Below, one piece after another: positions 50,205 to 59,251 of a DNA stretch of 64,000 bases (position 1 is the stretch's first letter; each line of letters begins with the position of its first letter). A program made the position numbers and the translations under genes. The DNA comes from an uncultured Acidobacteriota bacterium (GTDB taxonomy: Bacteria; Acidobacteriota; Blastocatellia; RBC074): the NCBI GenBank assembly GCA_902825875.1, contig CADECP010000005.1, forward strand, positions 50,168 through 114,167, read 5' to 3'. The notes beneath the pieces were generated by a model that made no database searches, was not told the DNA's origin, and was given only the letters and a program-made list of their open reading frames with translations.

Positions 50205-50756
50205 ATGAAGTTCGTTATGTCGCTTCTTGCATTGCTTGCGGTCTGTTCGACTCTGGCGATGGCTCAGAATAACCCGAAAGTGGAATTGTTCGGCGGCTAC
50301 TCGTACACGCGGTCGAGCTTTTTCCAGGATGAGTTGAGCAAGGTGAATGGCAATGGCTGGCACGGTTCTGTTTCGATGCCCGTGTGGTTTGCGATAGAAG
50401 GCGCGGTTGACGCGAGCGGACATTACGGTTCGGCAAAGGGCGTCAATTCCAGTTTGCACGTTTTCCTGGCCGGCCCGCGCTTCGCGTATCACGGCAAGCG
50501 GTTTTGCTTCTTTTCTCAAACGTTGTTTGGCCGCGCTCGCGTCCGTGTTGATGCTGCAATTCCGGGAGTGACTGCGGCAGCGACGACTGATTCAGCCTTC
50601 GCCGTAGCGCCAGGCGGCGGCTTCGACGTGCGAATCAAAGATAAACTTTCCCTGCGGTTGGTGCAGTTGGATTACATCAGCACCAATTTCAACGACTTTT
50701 CGCTGGGAACTCTCCGCGTATCCACCGGAGTCGTGTTGCACATTGGCAAGCGTTAG
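50205..50756 (+). CDS. Outer-membrane beta-barrel protein (OmpA-like barrel / OmpW-porin family)
   Basis: Signal MKFVMSLLALLAVCSTLAMAQ, alternating-hydrophobic beta strands, about 160-aa barrel, AGGAGG RBS. Confidence 0.7.
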   Translation: MKFVMSLLALLAVCSTLAMAQNNPKVELFGGYSYTRSSFFQDELSKVNGNGWHGSVSMPVWFAIEGAVDASGHYGSAKGVNSSLHVFLAGPRFAYHGKRFCFFSQTLFGRARVRVDAAIPGVTAAATTDSAFAVAPGGGFDVRIKDKLSLRLVQLDYISTNFNDFSLGTLRVSTGVVLHIGKR

Positions 50757-50793
50757 TTCGGATGCTTGAAAAAGTTGATCATCCGCAGGTTTG

Positions 50794-52122
50794 TTACTGA
50801 ACCGATGTCCCGCATCTAGCCAATAGATTGTAAAACTCCGGCAGCGAAACCGAAGCGGCTTCGGCTCCGGCAATTTCGGTTTCGCCGGTGGCGATCAATC
50901 CAGCAACCGCAAACGCCATGGCAATGCGATGGTCGCTGTAAGATTCCACGCGAGCACCTTTCAAAGTTTGTTTGCCGGTCAGACGCAAACCGTCGTCGAA
51001 CTCTTCGACTTCGATTCCCATTCGCCGCAAGTTATCCACAATCGAACGAATGCGGTCGCTTTCTTTGACGCGAAGTTCGCGCGCGTCACGAATCGTCAGA
51101 GTGCCTTCCAGTTGAGTTGCTGCGACAGCCAAAATCGGAATTTCATCAATCAGGTTGGCAATCACCGCTCCGGACAATTCCAGGTCGCCGCTGAGTTTTG
51201 ACGAACGAATCAGGAAATCAGCCACCGGTTCGCCGTGAGCCAGCCGCTGGTTTTCAACTTCGATCTGCCCACCGATTTGTTTCAACACGTCAATCAACGC
51301 CGTCCGTGAAGGGTTGACGCCAATATGTCGCAATAGAATTTCGGCGTCCGGCGCAATCAACGCCGCGACAATGAAAAACGCCGCCGAAGACAAATCGCCC
51401 GCAACAGTGTAATCGCCAAGCGGTTTCAGCCGCTGACGTCCTGTGACGGAAATCCGTTCGCCGTCGGCGGAAGTTTCCGGGCTTGCGCCAACTTCGCGCA
51501 GCATGACTTCCGTGTGATTGCGCGTCGGAGTTTTTTCGACCACTGTCGTTTTGCCTTCGGCAAACAGCCCGGCCAGCAACACGCAAGATTTGACCTGCGC
51601 GCTGGCAATCGGCGGAGTGTATTCGATGGCTTTCAAATTCCCGCCGGTGATTTTGATTGGCGCGAAGTTGCTATCCCGCGCTTCGATGGTTGCGCCAAAC
51701 AAACGCAACGGATCAATGACGCGCTTCATCGGACGGCGCTGAATGCTTTCGTCGCCGGTGATTTCAGTCGTGAAGTTCTGCCCTGCCAAAATCCCCGACA
51801 GCATGCGAATCGTGGAGCCGGAGTTGCCGACATCCAGCACCTGAGAAGCCTGCCGCAGCCCGTCAATGCCTACGCCTTCGACAGTGATTAAGTCCGGTTC
51901 GCGTTTGACCTGAACTCCCAGAGCTTCCAGGCAATCCAGAGTGCTTTGGCAATCGCGCGCCGAAGAGTAGTTTCGCAGTCGGCTCTGCCCGTCGCCAATG
52001 GCGGCGAACATTGCCGAACGGTGAGAGATTGATTTGTCTCCAGGCAGTTGGAAATCGCCGCGCAATTTTCCAACTGTAGTGATTTTGATTGTGGTGGTTT
52101 CGTGATTTTTGATTTCAGACAT
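50794..52122 (-). CDS. aroA: 3-phosphoshikimate 1-carboxyvinyltransferase (EPSP synthase)
   Basis: [10 protein letters not shown] and the rest of the EPSPS fold pattern. 442 aa. Confidence 0.9.
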   Translation of the reverse strand: MSEIKNHETTTIKITTVGKLRGDFQLPGDKSISHRSAMFAAIGDGQSRLRNYSSARDCQSTLDCLEALGVQVKREPDLITVEGVGIDGLRQASQVLDVGNSGSTIRMLSGILAGQNFTTEITGDESIQRRPMKRVIDPLRLFGATIEARDSNFAPIKITGGNLKAIEYTPPIASAQVKSCVLLAGLFAEGKTTVVEKTPTRNHTEVMLREVGASPETSADGERISVTGRQRLKPLGDYTVAGDLSSAAFFIVAALIAPDAEILLRHIGVNPSRTALIDVLKQIGGQIEVENQRLAHGEPVADFLIRSSKLSGDLELSGAVIANLIDEIPILAVAATQLEGTLTIRDARELRVKESDRIRSIVDNLRRMGIEVEEFDDGLRLTGKQTLKGARVESYSDHRIAMAFAVAGLIATGETEIAGAEAASVSLPEFYNLLARCGTSVQ

Positions 52123-52204
52123 TGGATTTTTTATCGCAGCGGAACTTTACCGGTAAACCTGCCGTAGAACCGGGCATCCTGCAAAGTGTCCGCAAGTCAT
52201 ATTC

Positions 52205-52233
52205 TTGACATAACTTTTTTCGCTGTGTTACAC
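52205..52233 (+). promoter_or_regulatory. Sigma70-like promoter candidate TTGACA-N17-TTACAC upstream of rsbW-like operon
   Basis: Seen directly. Adjacent tgtgttacacagtg palindrome could be an operator. Confidence 0.3.
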
Positions 52234-52358
52234 AGTGCGAGCTTTCAAAAGAGCATTAAGAAGCTTGATTGAAGCGCCTGACCGCATTTGCCGCAGCGAA
52301 AATTCGCGGGCATCTTAACAGATCAAAATTCGCCTGAAAAAAAGGAAGCAGCGGCTTT

Positions 52359-52841
52359 ATGATGCTAGCCGAAAACGTGGTCGAATTGACCATTGCCAGT
52401 CAACTAGAGTTCATTGATCTGGTTACCACACTCACCGACAACATCACACACATGATTGGTTTCGATGACGAGTCGGCGTACTGGGTCAACATGGCTGTGC
52501 GCGAATCTGTGGCCAATGCAGTCGAGCATGGAAACAAATACGATCCGCAGAAGTCCGTGGATATTCGCTTTACCATCGGAGTTGATGCGCTTCGAGTCAC
52601 CATACGCGATCACGGCGAAGGGTTCGATCCGTCTACGCTGCCCGACCCTCTTGACCCGAACAACCTGCTCAACCCGGCTGGGCGAGGCATTTTGTACATG
52701 CGAACCTTCATGGACAGCGTCGAATACGAACGCCATCCCGAAGGCGGGATGATTGCCACCATGTCTAAACGCCGCGCGCCCAAACTGGCCGGTCAGGAAT
52801 CCGGCGAAGGAGATCACAAACTCGATGCAGTTAGAAATTAG
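52359..52841 (+). CDS. Anti-sigma factor / serine-protein kinase RsbW/SpoIIAB-like (HATPase_c)
   Basis: N-box [11 protein letters not shown]-boxes DHGEGF, GRGILYM. 160 aa. Confidence 0.8.
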   Translation: MMLAENVVELTIASQLEFIDLVTTLTDNITHMIGFDDESAYWVNMAVRESVANAVEHGNKYDPQKSVDIRFTIGVDALRVTIRDHGEGFDPSTLPDPLDPNNLLNPAGRGILYMRTFMDSVEYERHPEGGMIATMSKRRAPKLAGQESGEGDHKLDAVRN

Positions 52842-53169
52842 AGAACGCACCATCGGCGAAGTCACCGTTCTGGATTTGATCGGCAAGATCACCATCGGCG
52901 ACGGCAGCGTGCAATTGCGCGACGCCGTTAATCATTTGCTCGAAGCCGGGCGTAACCGAATCATACTCAATCTGGGCGGTGTGACTTATGTGGATAGTTC
53001 CGGCATTGGCGAACTGGTATCGCGTTTCACCACCACCAAAGGCACGGGCGGCAAATTGAAGCTGCTGAACCTGCCGAAAAAGATCAAAGACCTGTTGATG
53101 ATTACCAAGCTGCTGACCGTCTTTGAAATTCACGAAGACGAACAAGCCGCCATCGAAAGTTTTCAGTAA
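52825..53169 (+). CDS. STAS-domain anti-sigma factor antagonist (RsbV/SpoIIAA-like)
   Basis: Start [11 protein letters not shown] overlapping the rsbW-like stop. Phosphorylatable Ser in [10 protein letters not shown]. Confidence 0.8.
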   Translation: MQLEIRERTIGEVTVLDLIGKITIGDGSVQLRDAVNHLLEAGRNRIILNLGGVTYVDSSGIGELVSRFTTTKGTGGKLKLLNLPKKIKDLLMITKLLTVFEIHEDEQAAIESFQ

Positions 53170-53192
53170 CACCCTTCAACCTGCGAAAAAGA

Positions 53193-53238
53193 AAAACCGG
53201 AGTCGAAGTCAATCTTCTTCTCCGGTTTTCTTTTTTTG
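53193..53238. terminator. Bidirectional rho-independent terminator (aaaaccggag...ctccggtttt + T-run; A-run on other side)
   Basis: Seen directly between convergent genes. Confidence 0.6.
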
Positions 53239-53253
53239 ACGATTTCCAGGTCA

Positions 53254-53793
53254 TCACTTTCGGCGAAGCCAGCCCACCGCTTTCCACACGACTCCAATCA
53301 GAATCATGACAAGACAAATAGTCACTCCCCACCATTTGCCGGTTGAAAAGATCGGAGCCACGCTGGCCAAAACGTCGTTGCGCTCTGGCTTAAAAGTCGC
53401 AGCCAGATAAGCCGTCGTGAAGTTTTCCAGCAGATCGAAAAGCCCAGTCAGCAGCGGCAGCAACACCAGACAGCGAAGCTTTTCCCAGCGATAAAGAACC
53501 ACCAGCAAAACGGCAAACAGCAAGCAATACACCACCGGATAAATGACATCCAGCGTGACCTGAGTCCAGGCATAAAGCCGTCTGCCGCTTTCGCCAATCC
53601 CGCCGAGAAAAGCGTAAAGCTCTTCTGGCGAATAATGACTTTTGGCATCGGGCGGCTCCAGCTTCAACTGGTTATGCCGCCAGTTGAAACCAGCGATGCA
53701 AGCCAGATTGGCGACAAACAGGAAAATGCCGACTCGCCAGTTAGCGATACGATTGATGCGTTGATAAAGGGAATCACACATCTTCGCCTCCAC
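53254..53793 (-). CDS. Hypothetical integral membrane protein
   Basis: 179-aa ORF with 4 predicted TM helices. No family recognised. Confidence 0.5.
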   Translation of the reverse strand: MEAKMCDSLYQRINRIANWRVGIFLFVANLACIAGFNWRHNQLKLEPPDAKSHYSPEELYAFLGGIGESGRRLYAWTQVTLDVIYPVVYCLLFAVLLVVLYRWEKLRCLVLLPLLTGLFDLLENFTTAYLAATFKPERNDVLASVAPIFSTGKWWGVTICLVMILIGVVWKAVGWLRRK

Positions 53794-53800
53794 TCGCGGC

Positions 53801-54988
53801 TTAGTTACAAGCTTCGAACAAGCCAGCCATGCCTTGTCCGCCGCCGATGCACATCGTCACCACGCCATATTTCGCTTTGCGGCGAAGCAATTCGTTGCCG
53901 ATGGTTCCGACCAAACGCGAACCGGTCATGCCGAACGGATGCCCAATCGAAATCGAACCGCCGTTGACATTCAGTTTGTCAGGGTCAATGCCCAGAAAAT
54001 CGCGGCAGTAAACGACCTGCACGGCGAAGGCTTCGTTCAATTCCCACACGTCAATGTCGTTGACCGTCAGACCGTGACGCTTCAGCAGTTTCGGAATCGC
54101 GTAAATCGGGCCGATGCCCATTTCGTCCGGCTCACAACCGGAGACGGCGAATCCGCGAAAGATCATTTTCGGTTTGATGCCCAAGGCTTCCGCGCGTTCA
54201 CGCGACATCAGCAAATTGATTGCCGCTCCGTCGGACAATTGCGAAGAATTCCCAGCGGTGACGCTTCCCTGCCCGCTGTCTTTGTCGAAGTGCGGTTTCA
54301 ACGCCAGCAAACCTTCGAGCGTGGTGTCCGGGCGATTGCATTCGTCTTTGTCGCAAAGTCGTTCTTCTTGGCTGACCACCTGTCCGGTTTGTTTATCCAG
54401 AATGCCTGCCATCACTTTCATCGGAGCGATTTCGCCCTGGAAAAATCCTTCGGCCTGAGCGCGTGCTGTGCGTTGCTGGCTGCTGAGCGAGTATTCGTCC
54501 TGCGCCTGTCGGCTGACGCCATAGCGTTTGGCAACGATTTCCGCCGTGTCGCCCATGACCATGTAAATTCCCGGCTTCATTTCCTTGACCACAGGATGCG
54601 GATTGCTGTCGCGGCCCAGCATCGTGATGCTTTCGACTCCGCCGCCGATGGCAGCGTCCGCGCCTTCGACCATAATCTGGTGAGCCGCCATCGCCACCGA
54701 TTGCAAACCGGAGGAACAAAACCGATTGACCGTCGTCGCAGCCACCGACACCGGCAAGCCCGACAACACCGAAGCCACGCGAGCGACGTTTGTGCCTTGC
54801 GCTCCGCACGGATAACCCGCGCCGATGATGACGTCTTCGATTTCAGCCGGATCAAGTTGCGGAGTTTTGGCCAACACATCCTTGATGCAATGCGCCAGCA
54901 TGTCCGCAGGCAACGTCAGGTTGAACGATCCGCGAAACGATTTGGCCAGCGCCGTGCGCGAACTGGCGACAACAACTGCTTCTTTCAT
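53801..54988 (-). CDS. Acetyl-CoA C-acetyltransferase (thiolase II)
   Basis: Thiolase motifs VNRFCSSGLQSV (active Cys), NGGSISIGHPFGMTGSRL, CIGGGQGMA. Confidence 0.9.
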   Translation of the reverse strand: MKEAVVVASSRTALAKSFRGSFNLTLPADMLAHCIKDVLAKTPQLDPAEIEDVIIGAGYPCGAQGTNVARVASVLSGLPVSVAATTVNRFCSSGLQSVAMAAHQIMVEGADAAIGGGVESITMLGRDSNPHPVVKEMKPGIYMVMGDTAEIVAKRYGVSRQAQDEYSLSSQQRTARAQAEGFFQGEIAPMKVMAGILDKQTGQVVSQEERLCDKDECNRPDTTLEGLLALKPHFDKDSGQGSVTAGNSSQLSDGAAINLLMSRERAEALGIKPKMIFRGFAVSGCEPDEMGIGPIYAIPKLLKRHGLTVNDIDVWELNEAFAVQVVYCRDFLGIDPDKLNVNGGSISIGHPFGMTGSRLVGTIGNELLRRKAKYGVVTMCIGGGQGMAGLFEACN

Positions 54989-55017
54989 GATTTTTCCCTT
55001 CTGAAATGTAGGTTAAA

Positions 55018-55186
55018 TCCACGAAGTCACACGAAGCAGCACGAAGAAGAAAAGACCTTAGACAGGATTTACAAGATTGGACAGGATTGACTGGCAGTCT
55101 GTTGAATCAGGCTTTCATCCTGTTGCATCCTGTAAATCCTGTCTAAAAATTTCTTCTCTTCGTGTCCTCTTCGTGTGTCTTCGTGG
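55018..55186. repeat. Composite nested palindrome: outer CACGAAG-decamer arms enclosing an 'empty' copy of the tagacaggatttacaagatt hairpin
   Basis: Outer arms ccacgaagtcacacgaagcagcacgaagaag... / ...cttctcttcgtgtcctcttcgtgtgtcttcgtgg. Inner arms tagacaggatttacaagatt / atcctgtaaatcctgtcta. Confidence 0.6.
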
Positions 55187-55194
55187 AAGATAAG

Positions 55195-55809
55195 TTATTT
55201 CAACAGACCGCCCAGTGCGATCTTGCAAAGTTCTTCGGCGACTTGCTCGCGCGACAGTTCGCCGTCAGGCCGGAACCAGCGCGCCAACCACATAATCATT
55301 CCCAACAAACTGAACGCCGCCGCCGTCACATCAACAGCTTTCAGCTTGCCTTCGGCGTTCATTTCTTCCAGCGTCGAGCGAATCAAATCCACGTACAGAC
55401 GTTTTCGCTGACGCAGCTTGCGGCGATGCGCGGGCGACAATCCCAATTCTTCTTCGACCAGAATCGTCACCGGACTGTGACCTTCGTCCGTGCTGCTCCG
55501 AGCGATCAACATCGCGTGATTGGTGATGATGAACCGCAAACGTTGTTCGGCGTCAGCGACTTCCTTTGCCGGTTTGATGACCGCAGCCTCCAGCGTATCC
55601 ATGCCGTAGCTCATAATCGCAAAGAGCAATTCTTTTTTGCTGGGAATGAAATGATAGACACCGGCTTTGGTGATGCCGACGGCTTCGGCAATGTCGCTCA
55701 TTGAAGTGGCGTCGAAACCACGCTCGCAAATCATCTGCGCGGCGACGGAGTAAATCTGATCCGTGCGTTCTGAACCGCTCAATCGAATTTGTTTCTTGCC
55801 GTTTTTCAT
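55195..55809 (-). CDS. TetR/AcrR-family transcriptional regulator
   Basis: HTH region IYSVAAQMICERGFDATSMSDIAEAVGITKAGVYHFIPSKKELL. Confidence 0.85.
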   Translation of the reverse strand: MKNGKKQIRLSGSERTDQIYSVAAQMICERGFDATSMSDIAEAVGITKAGVYHFIPSKKELLFAIMSYGMDTLEAAVIKPAKEVADAEQRLRFIITNHAMLIARSSTDEGHSPVTILVEEELGLSPAHRRKLRQRKRLYVDLIRSTLEEMNAEGKLKAVDVTAAAFSLLGMIMWLARWFRPDGELSREQVAEELCKIALGGLLK

Positions 55810-55854
55810 AACTGACCGACCGGTAGGCAAGTTATCACGCAGCCCGACAGAGCG

Positions 55855-56850
55855 TCAATTTTTGGCCGTCAGGTCAAATCGCATGCCATCTTTGGCAAGA
55901 ACAACTTTGCCTTTGAAAATGTCTGCGACTCCGCGCAGAAACATTTGTTCGGTGACAGGCGGATTCAGCGGAGGAACCATGTGCGTGAAAACCAGCGTTT
56001 CGACTTTGGCTTCGTTGGCGATTTCGGCGGCTTCGGTGGGGCTGGCGTGGTAAGTCAAAATGTCTCGAACCAGCTTAGCGCGGCGTTTATCGCCGGAACG
56101 TTCGGCGTTGGCGGCTGCCATGATCATCACGTCTTTGGCCAGCACATCGTGAATAAGCAAATCGGCTCCGGCAGCGTGCTTGGCCAGATTCGCGCTTTTC
56201 GCCGTGTCGCCGGAAATGACTACGCTGCGGCCTTTGTAATCCAGCCGATAACCGTAAGCCGGTTTAACCGGATCGTGTTCGACTTTGAAAGCCGTCACTT
56301 TCAAACCATTACGGTCGAAAACAACAGCGGCTTCGGCGTCGTTTTTCAACTTCACTTCACGGGCGACGGCTACGGCGGCGGCGCGCGGCAACATCGCTTC
56401 GGTGTGATGAGCGATGCGGTATTCCACATCCTGGCTGAACGCCTGAGCAAAACCGGCAACGATTTTTTCAACGCCCGGCGGGCCAAAAACTTCCAGCGGT
56501 TTCGCGCGACCGCCCAGCCATGTTTGCGTGACGGCTTCGCCCAAATCGCCGATGTGGTCGGAATGAAAATGCGTCAGCAAGACGGCACTGACGGCTGCGG
56601 TGGGGATGCGATTGACCGCGACTTGCCGCCAGGAACCGGGTCCGACATCAATCAAAACGACTTCTCCGCCAGCGACAACCGCCACACACGACGAAGCCCG
56701 CGTCGCATCTGCCAGCGGCGAACCCGTTCCGCACATCACCACGTGCAATTGTCCGTCGCTGAGCATCGCGATGTCTGCTTGTTGTTGCGCCGACACCGCA
56801 CCAACCATCATCAACAATCCCACAACCAATCCAACCAAAAGCTTTTTCAT
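55855..56850 (-). CDS. Secreted MBL-fold metallo-hydrolase
   Basis: Signal peptide. HxHxDH motif (LLTHFHSDHIGDL) and downstream His/Asp ligands. Confidence 0.8.
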   Translation of the reverse strand: MKKLLVGLVVGLLMMVGAVSAQQQADIAMLSDGQLHVVMCGTGSPLADATRASSCVAVVAGGEVVLIDVGPGSWRQVAVNRIPTAAVSAVLLTHFHSDHIGDLGEAVTQTWLGGRAKPLEVFGPPGVEKIVAGFAQAFSQDVEYRIAHHTEAMLPRAAAVAVAREVKLKNDAEAAVVFDRNGLKVTAFKVEHDPVKPAYGYRLDYKGRSVVISGDTAKSANLAKHAAGADLLIHDVLAKDVMIMAAANAERSGDKRRAKLVRDILTYHASPTEAAEIANEAKVETLVFTHMVPPLNPPVTEQMFLRGVADIFKGKVVLAKDGMRFDLTAKN

Positions 56851-56871
56851 TGTCAGAGCTTCCTTTTGCCA

Positions 56872-56940
56872 GCGCGTTTGTAGTTCCGCCTTTAGGCGGC
56901 TGAAGTTACGCAGCCGCCTAAAGGCGGAACTACAAACGCG
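56872..56940. repeat. Perfect about 30-bp-stem palindrome (gcgtttgtagttccgcctttaggcggctg / loop aagttacg / reverse complement); each arm also self-palindromic
   Basis: Seen directly. Lies 2 nt after the crotonase stop and 22 nt before the MBL start. No T-run. Confidence 0.55.
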
Positions 56941-56942
56941 AT

Positions 56943-57692
56943 TCAGTTTCGTTGTTTGAGCTTGGCGACAAACTCCGTCGCCATTTGTTTATGTTCTTCG
57001 GATTGCAGCCGTTCGCGGATGGCTTTGCCCATTCGTCGAAACGCAGTTTGAGTATCCACATCAATCAATTCGCGCGTCAGGCGTTTGGTTTCAAACAAAG
57101 CTTCGCGCGGTCTGGCCGCCAAAGTTTCCGCCAGCGACATTGTGCTGCTGAGCAATTGTTCAGAATCGCAGACGTGATTGACCAAGCCGATTCGATGGGC
57201 TTCGTTGGAGTGAATGACTTCGCCGGTCATCGCCAATTCTTTGGCGCGTCCCAGTCCTATGATTTTGTAAAGCGGGAAAACCATCTGCGTCAAACCCAGC
57301 AGGATTTCGGTTTGAGCAAATGTCGCTTCGGGCGAACACAACCTGAAATCGCACATCACAGACAGATCGAATCCGCCCGCGATGGCCGGGCCATTGATGG
57401 CGGCAATCACCGGCTGCGGCTGAGTGTAGATTTGTTGAAACATCCTGAAGACGTTTTCCAGATAAACAACTTTCTCTTCAAACGAAGCTTCGAGCACGAA
57501 TCCAAGATCAAGCCCGGCGCAAAAGCTTTTGCCTGCGCCGGTGATAATCGCGACATTGACTTCAGGATTTTCCGCCGCTTCTTCCAGCCTCGCGGTAAGT
57601 TCGGCGATCAAATCAGGATGAAGCGCGTTACGTTTTTCAGGCCGATTGAGCGTGAGCAGCAACACTGCGCCGCGTTGTTCAGTAATCAACAT
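56943..57692 (-). CDS. Enoyl-CoA hydratase/isomerase (crotonase) family protein
   Basis: AIITGAGKSFCAGLDL oxyanion-hole motif and the second motif GPAIAGGFDL. 249 aa. Confidence 0.85.
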   Translation of the reverse strand: MLITEQRGAVLLLTLNRPEKRNALHPDLIAELTARLEEAAENPEVNVAIITGAGKSFCAGLDLGFVLEASFEEKVVYLENVFRMFQQIYTQPQPVIAAINGPAIAGGFDLSVMCDFRLCSPEATFAQTEILLGLTQMVFPLYKIIGLGRAKELAMTGEVIHSNEAHRIGLVNHVCDSEQLLSSTMSLAETLAARPREALFETKRLTRELIDVDTQTAFRRMGKAIRERLQSEEHKQMATEFVAKLKQRN

Positions 57693-57825
57693 TGAATTCT
57701 CTCCATTTTGCCGCAGACTTGGCTAAACCAACTGCTATGCTACAATCCGCGCCTTGTTCTGTCAGGCATTTTCCAGCCTGCAACACCAAAACCAATCCAG
57801 TAGCCATTCAAACAGCGGCTTCAAA

Positions 57826-57866
<41 letters not shown>

Positions 57867-57870
57867 CTTT

Positions 57871-59151
57871 ATGATTCAAACCGTTCGAGGAACCAGAGAC
57901 ATTTTGCCGAGCGATATGCCTTTGTGGCACCGCGTCGAAGCTGTCGCGCGCGAAGCTTTTCGCCGTTACGGCTTCCGTGAAATTCGCACGCCGATTTTTG
58001 AAAAGACCGAACTGTTCGCTCGCGGCGTCGGCGAAGCCACAGACATCGTTCACAAAGAAATGTACACCTTCACTGATCGCGCCCGTCAGGGCAGTGAAGG
58101 CGAATCGCTGACGTTGCGGCCTGAAAACACTGCTTCCGTCGTTCGAGCATACATTCAACACAAGATGTTTGCTGATAAATCTCCGGGCGAATTGACCAAG
58201 CTTTATTACATCGGCCCGATGTTTCGCCGCGAACGCCCGCAAGCCGGACGTTATCGCCAGTTTTATCAAATCGGCGTCGAAGTCATGGGTTCCAGCGACG
58301 ACGCAGCCATCGAAGCCGAAGTGATGGAAATGCTGGATTGGTTTCTGAAAGAACTGAAAATCACCAACACGACGTTGCTGATCAACTCCGTAGGCGAACC
58401 TGCAAGCCGCGCAGTGTATCTGGAAACACTGCGCGAAGCGATTCGCCCGAATCTGGACAAACTCTGCGGCGATTGCCACCATCGGTTTGAAACCAACGCG
58501 CTGCGCGTGTTCGATTGCAAGGTAGAAAGCTGCCAAACAGTCGTCGCCACTTTGCCGACGATTACCGATTCTTTGGACGAAGCTTCGCGCCAGCACTTTG
58601 AACAGTTCAAAGCTCACCTGGACGCGCGCGGCATCGCTTACACGGTCAATCCGCGAATGGTGCGAGGTTTGGATTATTACACTCGAACGGCGTTTGAAAT
58701 CGTTGGGCACGACGGACTTGGCGCGCAGAACACCTTGGTTGGCGGAGGCCGTTACGACGGATTGTCTGAAACCATCGGCGGCCCTCCGACCAAAGGTTTT
58801 GGCTTTGCGTTTGGGCTTGATCGAATGGTCATGGCTTTGTCGGAAGCTGAAGCCGAAAGCTTGCGCGCCGCTGACGCCCCAAGCATTTTCATAGTCTTTT
58901 TGGGCGAAGCGGCTCGTGCTCATTCTTTCGTCGTTGCCCAACAATTGCGCGCCGCTGGCGTTGCCGTGGCGATGGAATTTGAAGACCGGAAAATGAAAAA
59001 GGCTATGGCGGCTGCCGACAAATCTCGCGCCACTTACGCGCTGATCGTCGGCGACAACGAAGTCGCCACCGGCAAATACGGCTTGAAGAATTTGAAAACC
59101 GGCGAGCAGGAATCTCTGACGCTGGACGAAATCATTTTGAGATTAAATTGA
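57871..59151 (+). CDS. hisS: Histidine--tRNA ligase
   Basis: Start at MIQTVRGTRDILP. Class II motifs (FRRERPQAGRYRQF, GGGRYDGL), C-terminal anticodon-binding domain. Confidence 0.9.
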   Translation: MIQTVRGTRDILPSDMPLWHRVEAVAREAFRRYGFREIRTPIFEKTELFARGVGEATDIVHKEMYTFTDRARQGSEGESLTLRPENTASVVRAYIQHKMFADKSPGELTKLYYIGPMFRRERPQAGRYRQFYQIGVEVMGSSDDAAIEAEVMEMLDWFLKELKITNTTLLINSVGEPASRAVYLETLREAIRPNLDKLCGDCHHRFETNALRVFDCKVESCQTVVATLPTITDSLDEASRQHFEQFKAHLDARGIAYTVNPRMVRGLDYYTRTAFEIVGHDGLGAQNTLVGGGRYDGLSETIGGPPTKGFGFAFGLDRMVMALSEAEAESLRAADAPSIFIVFLGEAARAHSFVVAQQLRAAGVAVAMEFEDRKMKKAMAAADKSRATYALIVGDNEVATGKYGLKNLKTGEQESLTLDEIILRLN

Positions 59152-59240
59152 ACCCGGTACAGAACCGGGAGCGGTAGCGACTGGGTGATTTCGTGAAGCA
59201 CTCACCTAGTCGCTACTGCTCCCGGTTCCATACCAGTAAC
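59152..59240. repeat. REP-like palindromic element (gaaccgggagcggtagcgactgggtga / tcacctagtcgctactgctcccggttc) between hisS and aspS
   Basis: 27-nt arms with 2 mismatches, loop tttcgtgaagcac. Core also found inside the ADH gene (33961-33985). Confidence 0.6.
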
Positions 59241-59251
59241 AGGAAAGAACA

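Noticed and set aside
53834-55090. Plus-strand 418-aa ORF
   Set aside because: Antisense to the thiolase gene, and extends through the palindromic repeat region.
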